Origin: a virus
IMG/VR virus record: IMGVR_UViG_3300027754_000039
Coordinates: 1-64,000 of that record
Strand: one strand, 5' to 3'
Length of the DNA stretch: 64,000 nt
Shown: positions 50,682 to 60,813 of the stretch, piece after piece
Position numbering within the stretch: the stretch's first letter is position 1
Layout of the letters: every line of letters begins with the position of its first letter
Made by a program: the position numbers and the translations under genes
The notes under the pieces: model-generated
The model's database searches: none
Told to the model about the DNA's origin: nothing
What the model saw: the letters and a program-made list of their open reading frames with translations, nothing else

Positions 50682-50713
50682 ATAATATATAAAATTTATT
50701 TTACGAAACCAAA
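50682..50713 (-). promoter_or_regulatory. Bacteroidota-type promoter variant TTTG-N20-TATATTAT
   Basis: Correct spacing; weaker -7 match. Confidence 0.6.
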
Positions 50714-50961
50714 TCAATTTTGCTTCTGTGAAACTCAATAATACATTGTTTATGATTTGCTCCATCCATTGTATATATTGGGCTTTTACTTATACGCTTT
50801 CCATTTCTAGATGCTGTCCAAATAAATGTCTGATCAGGCATACGATATCCTGTGCATTCAGCTATATGGTAATATTCTTTATTGATTTCGAATACCCAAG
50901 CTTTCAGTCTGGTCGTAGTTGGTACTGGTTTGATAGTTGTTAATACTTCTGTTATATCCAT
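50701..50961 (-). CDS. hypothetical protein
   Basis: 86 aa ORF. Confidence 0.6.
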   Translation of the reverse strand: MDITEVLTTIKPVPTTTRLKAWVFEINKEYYHIAECTGYRMPDQTFIWTASRNGKRISKSPIYTMDGANHKQCIIEFHRSKIDLVS

Positions 50962-50977
50962 TGGTTTTAATTTATAT

Positions 50978-51009
50978 TTAATATAAGGTATTCTTTTAAT
51001 CGAAACAAA
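50978..51009 (-). promoter_or_regulatory. Bacteroidota-type promoter TTTG-N20-TATATTAA
   Basis: Motif in intergenic gap. Confidence 0.7.
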
Positions 51010-51067
51010 TAAACTTTGTTTAAACAGTAGAAAACCAACAATGATGTTGGCTTCTTTTCATTTATTT

Positions 51068-51493
51068 TTAAAAATCCATATCCATATTATCTGCTTCAAT
51101 CTTCTTTACTTTCTTTTTAGCTTCTTCCATGCTATTTGGAGAAATTGCAAAAGATCCTTCTTCAGTCATGTCACCAAAAACTTTTCCTGCAGCAAGAGCT
51201 TTAGTTATTTGTTTCCAAAATTCATCAAAGAATTCGGCTTCAAAATAGAATTTTTTGTTTTTACTAGCCGTAGCAAGCATTTTGTCAAAAGCAGCATCTT
51301 CGCCGGCATCGTAAAGCTTTTTCAAGCTCATTAGTGTTTTTCCTGTTATAGCTACTTCTGCTTTAAGTGTTCCACTCTGGTGTGGGTAATATTCAAACCA
51401 ATAGTATTTTTTAGCTGGATCTAATGTATTTGCTTCTTTTAAAACTTTACGAATTTCTTCGCGAATTAATTGTTTAAATTCTTGTTTGTTCAT
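51068..51493 (-). CDS. hypothetical protein with LIREEI...LKE leader
   Basis: N-terminus MNKQEFKQLIREEIRKVLKEA. Confidence 0.7.
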   Translation of the reverse strand: MNKQEFKQLIREEIRKVLKEANTLDPAKKYYWFEYYPHQSGTLKAEVAITGKTLMSLKKLYDAGEDAAFDKMLATASKNKKFYFEAEFFDEFWKQITKALAAGKVFGDMTEEGSFAISPNSMEEAKKKVKKIEADNMDMDF

Positions 51494-51517
51494 TTTTGTT
51501 TCCTTAATTATTTTAAA

Positions 51518-51826
51518 TTATTTAATAATCCAAGTAATTATACCGTCTTCATCTTGCGCAACGATTCCAGATACTTGCCAATTTAATTTATTACTCTTTA
51601 AAAACTTGTTAGCCATTGTTATAAATCTCTTTCTAGAAGATGAGTTAACGTCTCCCTCATCAGAAAATAATTCAAACCACATTTGCTGAATATCATCATC
51701 TCCTAAATATCCTTTATCCGATAACTCGTCATCGCTTAATTTTTGACCTGATTTAGGAGTTGCTCCTTCGCTAATTACTTTTCTAACCTCTTCGCGTATT
51801 AGTTTTCTGAATTCTGATATTTTCAT
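51518..51826 (-). CDS. hypothetical protein with LIREEV...ISE leader
   Basis: N-terminus MKISEFRKLIREEVRKVISEG. Confidence 0.7.
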   Translation of the reverse strand: MKISEFRKLIREEVRKVISEGATPKSGQKLSDDELSDKGYLGDDDIQQMWFELFSDEGDVNSSSRKRFITMANKFLKSNKLNWQVSGIVAQDEDGIITWIIK

Positions 51827-51861
51827 TTTATTGTGTTGGTTTAAAATTATATTAATAAATA

Positions 51862-53298
51862 TTAGCTAGCTGCTAATTGAGCGTTAATAAAAGTAGATTT
51901 AGTTCCAGCGTATCGTTTATGTTCAATCTTTCCTTGAGATTGAGATATACCATAAATGATAAATTCTTTAGCTAATCCAATTGCTGGCTGAGGTTCTCCT
52001 TCAAGATAATATACAAATCCTTTAATATGTGAAAAATAATCTCTTTTTCGATCGATAAAATCTTGAACAATTTCTTCAGGATTTTTTACAAACGTATGTT
52101 TTACAATTAAAAGCATTGCGTGTAAAAAAGTTTTAAAGTCTTTTTCTACAGGAGCAGTTACTTTAATTCTAGCTTCCTTACCTTTTGAACCAGCATCTTG
52201 AATTTCCGCTGCATCCTTTGCACTAATATAATATTGTACATCCGAATCTGCTCCTGCTGTTTGAAGTACTAATTTAGCATTATTAACTAACTCTTTTTGA
52301 CTTATAATAGTTCCACGTAAATCTTTTAATTTTTTAAATCCGTCATAATGTAAATCAATAACTCCGGTTGGATATTCTGCGGCTGCTATCATTCTATCAA
52401 AAAAGTTTTCTTTAGTAATTGTAGAAGTATTATCTTCAGCAGCTGCTTTTTTATCTTTTGCAGATACTCCATATCCATCTCCACGAAAATTTGTAGTTAA
52501 TATAGAATACATTGAATTTGCAGTATCTGCATTTCCAAATACTTTAGTTAAATTAGCTTTTAATTCTGAATCTTTAGAAGAATCGTTTAATTCAATAGCA
52601 TTTAACAATTCATAAAATTTACGAAGCTCATTAATATATTTAAATCGTCCGGCAAATCCTGACTGTGCCATTCTAATACCCGTTGGATCTTCTTTAACTT
52701 CCCAAACTCCGTCTGGTAGTTTTAAATCTTTTTCTGCCGTACCTCCTGACTTAGCTCCTTTAATAGCCATTACTGCCATCATTTCCCCTCGGCCCATTCC
52801 TTTAGGAGCTATGTCAAAAAACTCTTTCCAAAGATCCCAATCTGATTTGATAAAAGATTTTAAAGTGCTTTTTTGAAATGAGTCTATCCAAGATTTTTGT
52901 TTTTTCGGAAATTTTGAAAATATATCAAAAATAAACTTTTTAGCTTGATCAGGAACATCTGGCTCAATACCTTTAACTTCTCCATTAACCAATGCTTTAA
53001 ATTTATCTAAATTTGTAGCTTCTGTTAATAATCGTTTAAAAGGAGCTTTAACGCCCATTTCATCTAGAATTTCTTGCAGTCTAATCATATCTGATTTATT
53101 GCTCATATCCGGATATCCTTTATCACAACGATAGCTCCATTCAGTTACAATAGCATCAAAATCTAGTTTTGGCTCTTTTGAAGTTGAAGTTGTTTTAGTT
53201 TCGATAATAATTTCTTTAGGTGTGTCATTAACTGACTCGTTATTTGACTTTGCAAATAAAGCGTCTAAGTCAATTGATCTAGAAGTATCTTTCTTCAT
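51862..53298 (-). CDS. protein with EWSYR..KGYPD N-terminal domain and PD-(D/E)xK-like nuclease motif
   Basis: GRGE...KDL...WEVKE. Confidence 0.55.
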   Translation of the reverse strand: MKKDTSRSIDLDALFAKSNNESVNDTPKEIIIETKTTSTSKEPKLDFDAIVTEWSYRCDKGYPDMSNKSDMIRLQEILDEMGVKAPFKRLLTEATNLDKFKALVNGEVKGIEPDVPDQAKKFIFDIFSKFPKKQKSWIDSFQKSTLKSFIKSDWDLWKEFFDIAPKGMGRGEMMAVMAIKGAKSGGTAEKDLKLPDGVWEVKEDPTGIRMAQSGFAGRFKYINELRKFYELLNAIELNDSSKDSELKANLTKVFGNADTANSMYSILTTNFRGDGYGVSAKDKKAAAEDNTSTITKENFFDRMIAAAEYPTGVIDLHYDGFKKLKDLRGTIISQKELVNNAKLVLQTAGADSDVQYYISAKDAAEIQDAGSKGKEARIKVTAPVEKDFKTFLHAMLLIVKHTFVKNPEEIVQDFIDRKRDYFSHIKGFVYYLEGEPQPAIGLAKEFIIYGISQSQGKIEHKRYAGTKSTFINAQLAAS

Positions 53299-53821
53299 AA
53301 TGTAATAAATCTAATTTAGATGATACGTCAATTAATTGTGCAGCGTTTAGCAAATCAGAATATTCAGCTATTGCTTGATTTTGAATTTTTCTAAACTTTT
53401 TCAAAAAGTCAAAGGTAGGTAAATGTTCTGAAAATATATCTGCTGATATTTTATTATAGTCTTCTCCTAACTTAAACTCAATGGCATATGATTTATTTAC
53501 AATATCAATTAAACTGTCAAATTCTCCATTGAATTTAACTGAAGGAAGAATTGGCATTGCATTCCAATCTATCATATATTTTTGAAGCATTACAGAGTGT
53601 TCCAATTCAGATACAGACTCAGCTTCGAAGAAAGCTGCTGCTTTTTTATAATTTACATTGATACACCAATTAGCTGCACTTCTGTAAAAATAGTGCGCTG
53701 CATATTCATCAGCCAACCTATCATTAAATGCAGATATAATAGTCTCAGGAAGTGTTTTAGGTTTTAAAACTGATGACTGAGAAGCTACTACATTTTGCAC
53801 TGTTGTGTTTGGATATTCCAT
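53279..53821 (-). CDS. ferritin
   Basis: DEYAAHYFY, ESVSELEH, E and Q ferroxidase-type ligands. Confidence 0.85.
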   Translation of the reverse strand: MEYPNTTVQNVVASQSSVLKPKTLPETIISAFNDRLADEYAAHYFYRSAANWCINVNYKKAAAFFEAESVSELEHSVMLQKYMIDWNAMPILPSVKFNGEFDSLIDIVNKSYAIEFKLGEDYNKISADIFSEHLPTFDFLKKFRKIQNQAIAEYSDLLNAAQLIDVSSKLDLLHYEERYF

Positions 53822-53855
53822 ATTATTATTACTTTAAAATAAATATCGAAAAGTA

Positions 53856-54278
53856 TTAATTTCCGGTTGATCCATAGCCACCTTCTCCTCTTTCTGTTGA
53901 AGAAAGCTCTTCAACTTCTTCTAATTCAATTTGTGGGTATGGTATAATTAACAACTGTCCTATACGATCTCCTGGTTGATAGCAATTGCCATTGATTTTT
54001 GTTGGTCTGAATTTGAACATCAACTCTCCACGATATCCAGAGTCAATTACTCCTACATGATTTGTTAAATATAAATCTGTTTTAGCATTGCTAGATCTAG
54101 GAAATATCAATCCTACATACCCTTCAGGTATTTCTATTGCCAATCCAACGCCATACACGACATTTCCGTGTTCATCAAATGTTCTTGACGTAGCTGTTAA
54201 ATCCATTCCAGCATCTCCGAGTTTTGCGTAAGATGGTATTACTGCATCTGCATGCAGCTTTTTAATTTTAACTTTCAT
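53856..54278 (-). CDS. dut: trimeric dUTPase
   Basis: AGMDL, RSS, GVIDSGYRGE, RIGQ, RGEGGYGSTG; MKVKIKK start preferred. Confidence 0.95.
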   Translation of the reverse strand: MKVKIKKLHADAVIPSYAKLGDAGMDLTATSRTFDEHGNVVYGVGLAIEIPEGYVGLIFPRSSNAKTDLYLTNHVGVIDSGYRGELMFKFRPTKINGNCYQPGDRIGQLLIIPYPQIELEEVEELSSTERGEGGYGSTGN

Positions 54279-54302
54279 AGGTGTGTTTTTATTTTTGGAT
54301 TG

Positions 54303-54329
54303 AGCCTGTATGTGTTGTACATACAGACT
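54303..54329. other. stem-loop between nrdJ and dut (8-bp perfect stem CTGTATGT/ACATACAG)
   Basis: Read directly from sequence. Confidence 0.55.
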
Positions 54330-54357
54330 ATAAATCCAATCTTCTTTTCTATTCATT

Positions 54358-56214
54358 TTATTTTATCTCACATCCGTTTGATCCACAGGCTATCTCGCCT
54401 TTTAAATTTGTATCATCTGTTATTTCAATTACTCCTGATAAATCAATATTAGATAATGACTTCATCATCTCTTCATATTTTTCTTTAGTGCAATCTTCAA
54501 ATGGAGCTTGCATATATGTATGATCTGAATAAGGTAGAACTGATAAGCCATTATAAAATGCTTTATTCTCCCACATCCATTCTCCTACCATATCCCATTC
54601 GTCAGCTTTAATTGAAACCGTTGCTGAAATGTTATGAGTATTTTGTCCTGTCCTGTGACCTGTCTTAATCCAATTAGTATAAAACCATTTTACACGCTCT
54701 AACAATTCAATAGCCGATTCTGTTCTATAAATTGCTCCATCAGGTGCATTTTGTGGAACTGAAATAACTGCCGTATCGTGAGGACGGAAATATTCATCTT
54801 CAACTAACTCAGGATGATTGATTAGCAAGTAAGTGTAAATTGCTTCATTCTTACCAACTCGAATTCTACGCATATAATAATCATTATGCCAAGCGTGAAT
54901 GCCTGATGATGTACCTAACACCAAAGATGAAGTCCCTGAAGGTTTAATAGTGGTTGATCTTGCTGAAGCGTTAATACCAATTTGCTTGGCTATAATAGCA
55001 TTTGTTTCTTTTACTAAATTAGCTGCTTCTTTTAAATTAAATTTCTGAGCTGCGCCTGAACCTACACCTGTCATACCTACACCAATTAAAGCGTCTTTCT
55101 CTGTTGTGCGTTGCCATATTGGACGTAAATAGTGAAAGTTAGTATATCCTGCTTGAAGTGTTCCAATAAATGAAGCTGCCTTAACTCGCGCATTTAAATC
55201 TTCTTGAGAAGTAACGTCTGATACATTTACTTCACATAGGTTACAGAATTGAAATGGACGAAGTGCAATTTCACAACATGGATTAGTTCCCCAGTCTTTA
55301 TCATTTGATAAATAAATTCCTGGCTCTCCTGCTCCTGAAGCTTCTATCTTTTTCCATAAAGAAAAGAAAAACTCTTTGGTTACTTTATTTCTTAATAACA
55401 CAGCTGAGTTATTTGCTCTGCCTCTTTGCGGATTGAGTTCCCACCATGGACCTGACTTGCAAGAAATCATTTCTTCATCGTCTGCACTGAATAAAGATAT
55501 CAAAGCTGCTCTACGAATACCACCTGCTAATACTGCATCTGCAATATGACAAACGATATCATGCACTTCAATGCAAGTTAATTTATCATTGTCTTTTTTA
55601 GTGTCTAGTATACCTTGAATTTTAATTAAACATTCTTTTAAAGGTTGAGGCCCTGGAGCTTTACCTCCTGACGTAACTAACATAGCTCCTTTTTGACGAA
55701 TGTCTGAAAAGTCAAAATTCAATGTCGAACCTCCTTCAAAGTAAGACTTCATTAACATTTTAACTGCATCTGCCCATCCTTCAATAGAATCGCCAATTAA
55801 ATATCTTCTATTTCTTTTAGCATCTGGTTTTCTAATTTCAGGTAAAGATTCTACATGATGCTTTTGTACTGAGTACCCTACGCCAGTACCTCCTAGTAAT
55901 AAAAACATTACTTCACCAAAAGCTCTCCAATCGTCGATAGGTAAATAAGCACAATTATAAATTCTGTTAGGAGATATTTCAATTGGCTTACCACCAAATT
56001 GTAAACTACGCATTGACGGTAAAATCTTTTTATCGTAAACGAATTTATACGTCTCTTCAATCTCTGCTTCTAACTGTGGATACTTTTTAATGTGCATTTC
56101 TTTATTTCGAGTTACTAGCTCTTCCCATGTTTCCCTTCGTTGTTTATTTGCTAAATAACGTGCATACTTCATGTAGACTGTTACGTTTGATAAAATTTCG
56201 TTTGATAATTCCAT
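54358..56214 (-). CDS. nrdJ: class II (B12-dependent) ribonucleotide reductase
   Basis: LPSMR, NCAY, GGIRRAA, TNPCCEI, TIKPSGT, C-terminal CxxxxC; no small subunit nearby. Confidence 0.88.
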   Translation of the reverse strand: MELSNEILSNVTVYMKYARYLANKQRRETWEELVTRNKEMHIKKYPQLEAEIEETYKFVYDKKILPSMRSLQFGGKPIEISPNRIYNCAYLPIDDWRAFGEVMFLLLGGTGVGYSVQKHHVESLPEIRKPDAKRNRRYLIGDSIEGWADAVKMLMKSYFEGGSTLNFDFSDIRQKGAMLVTSGGKAPGPQPLKECLIKIQGILDTKKDNDKLTCIEVHDIVCHIADAVLAGGIRRAALISLFSADDEEMISCKSGPWWELNPQRGRANNSAVLLRNKVTKEFFFSLWKKIEASGAGEPGIYLSNDKDWGTNPCCEIALRPFQFCNLCEVNVSDVTSQEDLNARVKAASFIGTLQAGYTNFHYLRPIWQRTTEKDALIGVGMTGVGSGAAQKFNLKEAANLVKETNAIIAKQIGINASARSTTIKPSGTSSLVLGTSSGIHAWHNDYYMRRIRVGKNEAIYTYLLINHPELVEDEYFRPHDTAVISVPQNAPDGAIYRTESAIELLERVKWFYTNWIKTGHRTGQNTHNISATVSIKADEWDMVGEWMWENKAFYNGLSVLPYSDHTYMQAPFEDCTKEKYEEMMKSLSNIDLSGVIEITDDTNLKGEIACGSNGCEIK

Positions 56215-56247
56215 ATTGATTTTTAATTAAGTTTGAGTTCCCTGGCT

Positions 56248-56271
56248 GGGCTTATAACTATTAGTTAGCCC
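56248..56271 (-). other. bulged hairpin overlapping the helicase stop codon
   Basis: GGGC-TAACT-AAT-AGTTA-TAA-GCCC on the minus strand. Confidence 0.35.
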
Positions 56272-57626
56272 AAAGAATCTCCGGAGATTTCTTTATATTT
56301 TTGTGATAAACTTTTACGCAATAACGACTCGCCGTTCTCCATGTCTTTCTTAGTGTCTTTGCCTTGTGCAGAAGTCTCTTCGTATATATGAATCTGCCCA
56401 TTAGACATATTCATTTTTGAAGGAAGTGTAATACCATCAGGACCGAAACGATTCTTAATGATATGCCATCTGCCTGTACCTGCTATTTTATCAGTTACCT
56501 TTCTTGATAAAGATAATACAAAATCAGCAATCATTACTTTTGCATAGGACTCTGAAATTTTACCTGCTTCGATAATGTCATCTTCTAATGCGGACCTATT
56601 TGCTTGCGAAGCTGTGTATAAAGGAACTTCATACTCGCCTGCTATACCACGCAAGTCTTCATATATGGATTCTAATTCATGACGCATTTCTTTTCTAGCT
56701 ACAGCACCTCTTAATAAATCAGCATAATCGACAATTATTAAATCTGGCTTCTTACCTACTAAAATCATTTTTTCAATATGAGCTCTAAGAGTTGAACATG
56801 AAGCTGTCTTAGTTGGATAGTATTTAATAACTAAATGACCTTTAAGTTTATCTACAGTGGATTGAACTTCGTCAATATTATATTTTAAACTTTGATTTGC
56901 AATGCCAGTTAACACAGCATCATATCGCTGACCTACATAACCTGCATTTAATTCCAAAGTATAATGAACAACATTTAATCCTTGTTTAATTGCATGGGCA
57001 CCTACATTGATCAAGCCCCATGACTTACCAATACCTGCGGGAGCTACAAACACAACTAATTCTCCTTTACCAAATCCTCCGTCTGACACGTCATTGATAA
57101 TTGGCCATGGAGTAGGTATAGTCGATCTAATATTATCTTGATATCGCTCTACAACTGATTCATTATACTCATGTCCTATCTCTTTATCAGCTCCTGCTTT
57201 CATCGCTAAGTCAATTGACGCTTTAATTGCGTCATACTCTCCTCTGCGAAGCAATTCAACTGAATCTAATATAGCTCTTTTAATACATTGATTTTTGCAA
57301 AATCCTAAAACTTCTTCCTGCACAAACTCTAAGTCATTTGACTCTAAATATTTATAAGAATCTTTTAAAGACTCTACTATCGATGATTTAACGACCTCTC
57401 TATCAACTTCTTGAACTTTTATTTTAAATACATCTAGTGTCGGCGCTGATTTATATTCGTGAAAATATTTAACAATAGTCTCTACTATCCACTGATTTGC
57501 TTCGGACTCAAAGAACTCAGGTAATAATATATCTGACACTTGTTGCAAAAATGCTTTATTGCTTAATAGCGAAGATATAGTTTTAACCTGAAACCCGTGA
57601 CCGTAATTGCTTAATTTATCTGACAT
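56265..57626 (-). CDS. DnaB-like replicative helicase (gp41-like)
   Basis: APAGIGKS, YTLE, IVDYADL, ASQANR, IIKNRFG. Confidence 0.95.
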   Translation of the reverse strand: MSDKLSNYGHGFQVKTISSLLSNKAFLQQVSDILLPEFFESEANQWIVETIVKYFHEYKSAPTLDVFKIKVQEVDREVVKSSIVESLKDSYKYLESNDLEFVQEEVLGFCKNQCIKRAILDSVELLRRGEYDAIKASIDLAMKAGADKEIGHEYNESVVERYQDNIRSTIPTPWPIINDVSDGGFGKGELVVFVAPAGIGKSWGLINVGAHAIKQGLNVVHYTLELNAGYVGQRYDAVLTGIANQSLKYNIDEVQSTVDKLKGHLVIKYYPTKTASCSTLRAHIEKMILVGKKPDLIIVDYADLLRGAVARKEMRHELESIYEDLRGIAGEYEVPLYTASQANRSALEDDIIEAGKISESYAKVMIADFVLSLSRKVTDKIAGTGRWHIIKNRFGPDGITLPSKMNMSNGQIHIYEETSAQGKDTKKDMENGESLLRKSLSQKYKEISGDSLG

Positions 57627-57630
57627 ATGT

Positions 57631-57661
57631 TAAATATAGGTTATTCTTTTCGTATTTCAAA
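57631..57661 (-). promoter_or_regulatory. Bacteroidota-type promoter TTTG-N19-TATATTTA, 4 nt before the helicase ATG
   Basis: Motif fills the gap. Confidence 0.72.
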
Positions 57662-57662
57662 A

Positions 57663-58718
57663 TTATCTTTGACTGAATGCTGCTAGTGTATTAAAACTAC
57701 TTCCTAACCAACTATCTACATTTGGAATAGCAGTGTATGCTTTATCTAACATAAACATCTTTTTAAAATTGAAAGTATCCAATTTAGGTATTGGCTGATT
57801 AGCCATATCCACTATCATCAATTTGAAATTTCCTGAAATGTCTAAATCTTCCAATGACATTAATTGCCAATTAAGACGCATAACAGCTTCATTGTCTACT
57901 ACTGTTTTATATACTTTATGTTCATCTTTCCTAGCTTTACAATAGTCTAATACTTCTTCGAGACTGACTGTTGCGTCTCCTAACAAAAGCGGAAACTTGC
58001 TCTGTAATGTCTTTATACCAATACCGTTTATACCTTTGATATTGTCAGATCCATCTCCCATAAATACTTTATAATGTATAAAGTTATGTGACGGAATGCC
58101 AAATTTTTCTGAAACTTCTTTAGGCGTGAAGTATTTTTTCTGTACAGGTCTCCATACTGATACTTTCTCATCTATTAATTGAATAAAATCTTTATCGTCT
58201 GACATTATAATTACTTCACTATTTTTAGGACGAAAGACGTCTGTAGTTAAATAAGCTATGGTGTCATCAGCTTCAATATTATCAATGGATATGAGCGTCA
58301 TTGGAAGGCACTGTAAATATTCAGACAGTCTACCCATTTGTCTGCGCATTGAAGCAATTTCAGCTTCTACTGTCTGCTCTCCAACATCCTCTCGTCTATT
58401 AAATCTAGTAGACATTGATCTACCTTCTTTATAACCAGAGTGCATTTTCTTTCTTCTAGCAGAACCTCCTTTGCCGTCAAACACAATTATACATCGTGTA
58501 GGTTTGAATTGTCTTACTACTGCAGCTATGGATCGCATAAACCCAACATAACCGCCTATATGCTCTCCATCGTCATTAACGAGTGGGACCGCACTGAAGA
58601 CGCGAATAAACGAATTCAGGCCATCGACAATTAAGACTTTATCGTCTTTGCCTAGGCCTGAACTTTGTTTATCGTGCTCTTCGCGGATTTGTTTAAGTAA
58701 ATCTGCGTAACCTTTCAT
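57663..58718 (-). CDS. 5'-3' exonuclease / T4 RNase H (PIN/FEN fold)
   Basis: IVDGLN, FDGKG, EADD, SDDKDF, GDGSDNI.G..GIG.KT. Confidence 0.93.
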   Translation of the reverse strand: MKGYADLLKQIREEHDKQSSGLGKDDKVLIVDGLNSFIRVFSAVPLVNDDGEHIGGYVGFMRSIAAVVRQFKPTRCIIVFDGKGGSARRKKMHSGYKEGRSMSTRFNRREDVGEQTVEAEIASMRRQMGRLSEYLQCLPMTLISIDNIEADDTIAYLTTDVFRPKNSEVIIMSDDKDFIQLIDEKVSVWRPVQKKYFTPKEVSEKFGIPSHNFIHYKVFMGDGSDNIKGINGIGIKTLQSKFPLLLGDATVSLEEVLDYCKARKDEHKVYKTVVDNEAVMRLNWQLMSLEDLDISGNFKLMIVDMANQPIPKLDTFNFKKMFMLDKAYTAIPNVDSWLGSSFNTLAAFSQR

Positions 58719-58721
58719 TTT

Positions 58722-59882
58722 TTATGATTCTTCTCCGTCAAACTCTGACTCAACTGTTATGTCGTCAATACCAAAGTCTTCACCGGCTTTATAATTAAGA
58801 ATATACTTTTCACAAATTGTTTTATAAACTTGCGCTTTCATTTCTGGATCGTCCATTAACTTTGATTTGAAATCCTTAGATTGAAATTTAATTATTTCGC
58901 CAGTATCGATATTGGTATATGTATACCAAGCTCCTGCCTGAGTTACTAAATTAAAGTTCTTCATCATTGTTAACCAACTACCAAAGTCATCAATACCAGA
59001 GTCATAATAAATGTCATAGTCTACAGTTCGTAAAGGCGGGCCCATACGATTCTTAACTACTTGAGCTCGAGTTGTCGCTCCAATTACTGCTTCTGGCAGA
59101 TCTGCCGACTTAGCTATTTTAATTTGACCTACCGATTTAAGACGTAAACGAACTGAAGCGTGAAAAGCAATTGCCTTACCACCTGATGTCGTCCATTGGT
59201 CTCCAAACGTAACTCCTAATCGAGTACGTAACTGATTTGTAAATATTAAGCATATACGCTCTCTACCAATAAAATTAGTAATTTTACGCATAGCTTTAGA
59301 TAAAATAATGGCTTTTGAAGTTGCCCAACCATCTTTATCATAGTCAGCTGCCATTTCCTGTTTAGTGGAAGCACCTGCTACTGAATCTACTACTATAGTT
59401 ACAATACGTGACTTTGAATTTTTTCTAACAGACTCTACAATACTGTCCATAGCATCAAAGATGTCTTCTATTGTCTCTAAAGGAACGTATAACATATCCT
59501 TTAAATTCACGCCAATAGCTTCTAGAAATTCTCTTGACACTGCATTTTCAGTATCGATATAAACTGCTAACCCACCTTTCTTCTGCGTATCCGCCAAGGC
59601 GTGGGCTGCTAATAATGATTTGCCTGAAGCCTCTAATCCTGTAATCTCAATAATTCTTCCAACAGGAAGTCCACCATTAGGTCGATTTGAAATTGCCAAA
59701 TCTAACATAGTGGAACCCGTTGAAATCCATTCATTAACATCACTCGGAGCATCTGTGTCTCCTTCTAAGAAATAAGCTACTTTATAATTAGAGCTTTTAA
59801 ATTTCTTATTTAGATTATCGGCTAATACAGAAGCTAAATCATCTTGCATTTGACTTTCGTCTACTACTGTTTTCTTTGCCAT
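58722..59882 (-). CDS. recA: RecA/UvsX recombinase
   Basis: GLEASGKS, IDTE, VDSVA, NQLR, SGG.A..F. Confidence 0.93.
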   Translation of the reverse strand: MAKKTVVDESQMQDDLASVLADNLNKKFKSSNYKVAYFLEGDTDAPSDVNEWISTGSTMLDLAISNRPNGGLPVGRIIEITGLEASGKSLLAAHALADTQKKGGLAVYIDTENAVSREFLEAIGVNLKDMLYVPLETIEDIFDAMDSIVESVRKNSKSRIVTIVVDSVAGASTKQEMAADYDKDGWATSKAIILSKAMRKITNFIGRERICLIFTNQLRTRLGVTFGDQWTTSGGKAIAFHASVRLRLKSVGQIKIAKSADLPEAVIGATTRAQVVKNRMGPPLRTVDYDIYYDSGIDDFGSWLTMMKNFNLVTQAGAWYTYTNIDTGEIIKFQSKDFKSKLMDDPEMKAQVYKTICEKYILNYKAGEDFGIDDITVESEFDGEES

Positions 59883-59894
59883 GATTATCCTGTC

Positions 59895-59910
59895 GTAACC
59901 TCTCGGTTAC
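59895..59910 (-). other. GNRA-tetraloop hairpin GTAACC-GAGA-GGTTAC between the ssb and recA genes
   Basis: 6-bp perfect stem. Confidence 0.55.
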
Positions 59911-59916
59911 TTGTTT

Positions 59917-60705
59917 TTACTTACTATTAAATAAATTATCGAATGCCGATGCTACGTCATCAACTTTAGCTACTGGTGCTTCCTCTTCAATAGAAGATTT
60001 ATTAGCATTTGAAGCTTTAGCTGGAGCAGCTGCCTTTTCTTCAGACTCTGCATTTTCAGGATTCAACCAGTTATGCAACATCTTGGTCATTTCCTCATAT
60101 GAGTACTCTTTAAAGATGTCAGTTACTTTAGGTTGATTACCAAGCTTTTCTAAAATAGCTTTGTTGTCAGTTACTGGAGTTTGATTTGGTTTAACACGAA
60201 TTGACGTCTCTGGATAAGATTTACCGGTTTGATCAGCTGCTTTGAATTCAACTGCGATGTCACGTCCTGCTACTGGATCTGAAATATCACCATAATCAGG
60301 GTCTGCAATAAATCCTAATAGTTCTTGATATACTGATTTACCAAAGCCCCAAAATTTAACGCCTTCTGCTTCCTTACCACGAACGATAACGGGTACATAA
60401 CAACGCATTGTTGGTTCTAATTTTTTACCTGCTTTCCAATCATCAGAGTTACCTGTTGATTTTAATTTTTCTGCAAATTCCACGATAGGGTCGGGACGAC
60501 CAAATGACATTGGAGATAAAACAGATTTACCACCGAAGTTATAATGGAAATAAAGTTCTAAGAATGGATTTTCTCTGTTGTGTTGATAAGGTACTATCCT
60601 TACTACTTGAGTGCCTGGTTCAGGCTTCCATAAATTGTTTTGTTTTTGTGTTACATTTTGTAACGAGTTAAGCTTCTGCTTAATTGCATCGAGATTGATT
60701 GCCAT
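59917..60705 (-). CDS. single-stranded DNA-binding protein (gp32-like)
   Basis: WKPE.G..VVRIVP, DPI.E, FGKSV, YGDISD...GRD; acidic tail. Confidence 0.85.
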   Translation of the reverse strand: MAINLDAIKQKLNSLQNVTQKQNNLWKPEPGTQVVRIVPYQHNRENPFLELYFHYNFGGKSVLSPMSFGRPDPIVEFAEKLKSTGNSDDWKAGKKLEPTMRCYVPVIVRGKEAEGVKFWGFGKSVYQELLGFIADPDYGDISDPVAGRDIAVEFKAADQTGKSYPETSIRVKPNQTPVTDNKAILEKLGNQPKVTDIFKEYSYEEMTKMLHNWLNPENAESEEKAAAPAKASNANKSSIEEEAPVAKVDDVASAFDNLFNSK

Positions 60706-60813
60706 GATTTTTTTGTTTTTTATTTGTTATTAATTAATTTGTATTTAGTAATTGTCTACGCAAATTCAATTTGTCTAGAATAGTCAAATTTACATTTTCA
60801 ACACTAACATAAC

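Noticed and set aside
54279-54356. 26-aa N-terminal extension on dUTPase in the ORF track
   Set aside because: Homology begins at MKVKIKK and the extension spans a hairpin, so it is likely untranslated
41028-59882. Inteins or group I introns in polB, nrdJ, helicase or recA
   Set aside because: Lengths are typical and motifs are contiguous, with no insertion evident
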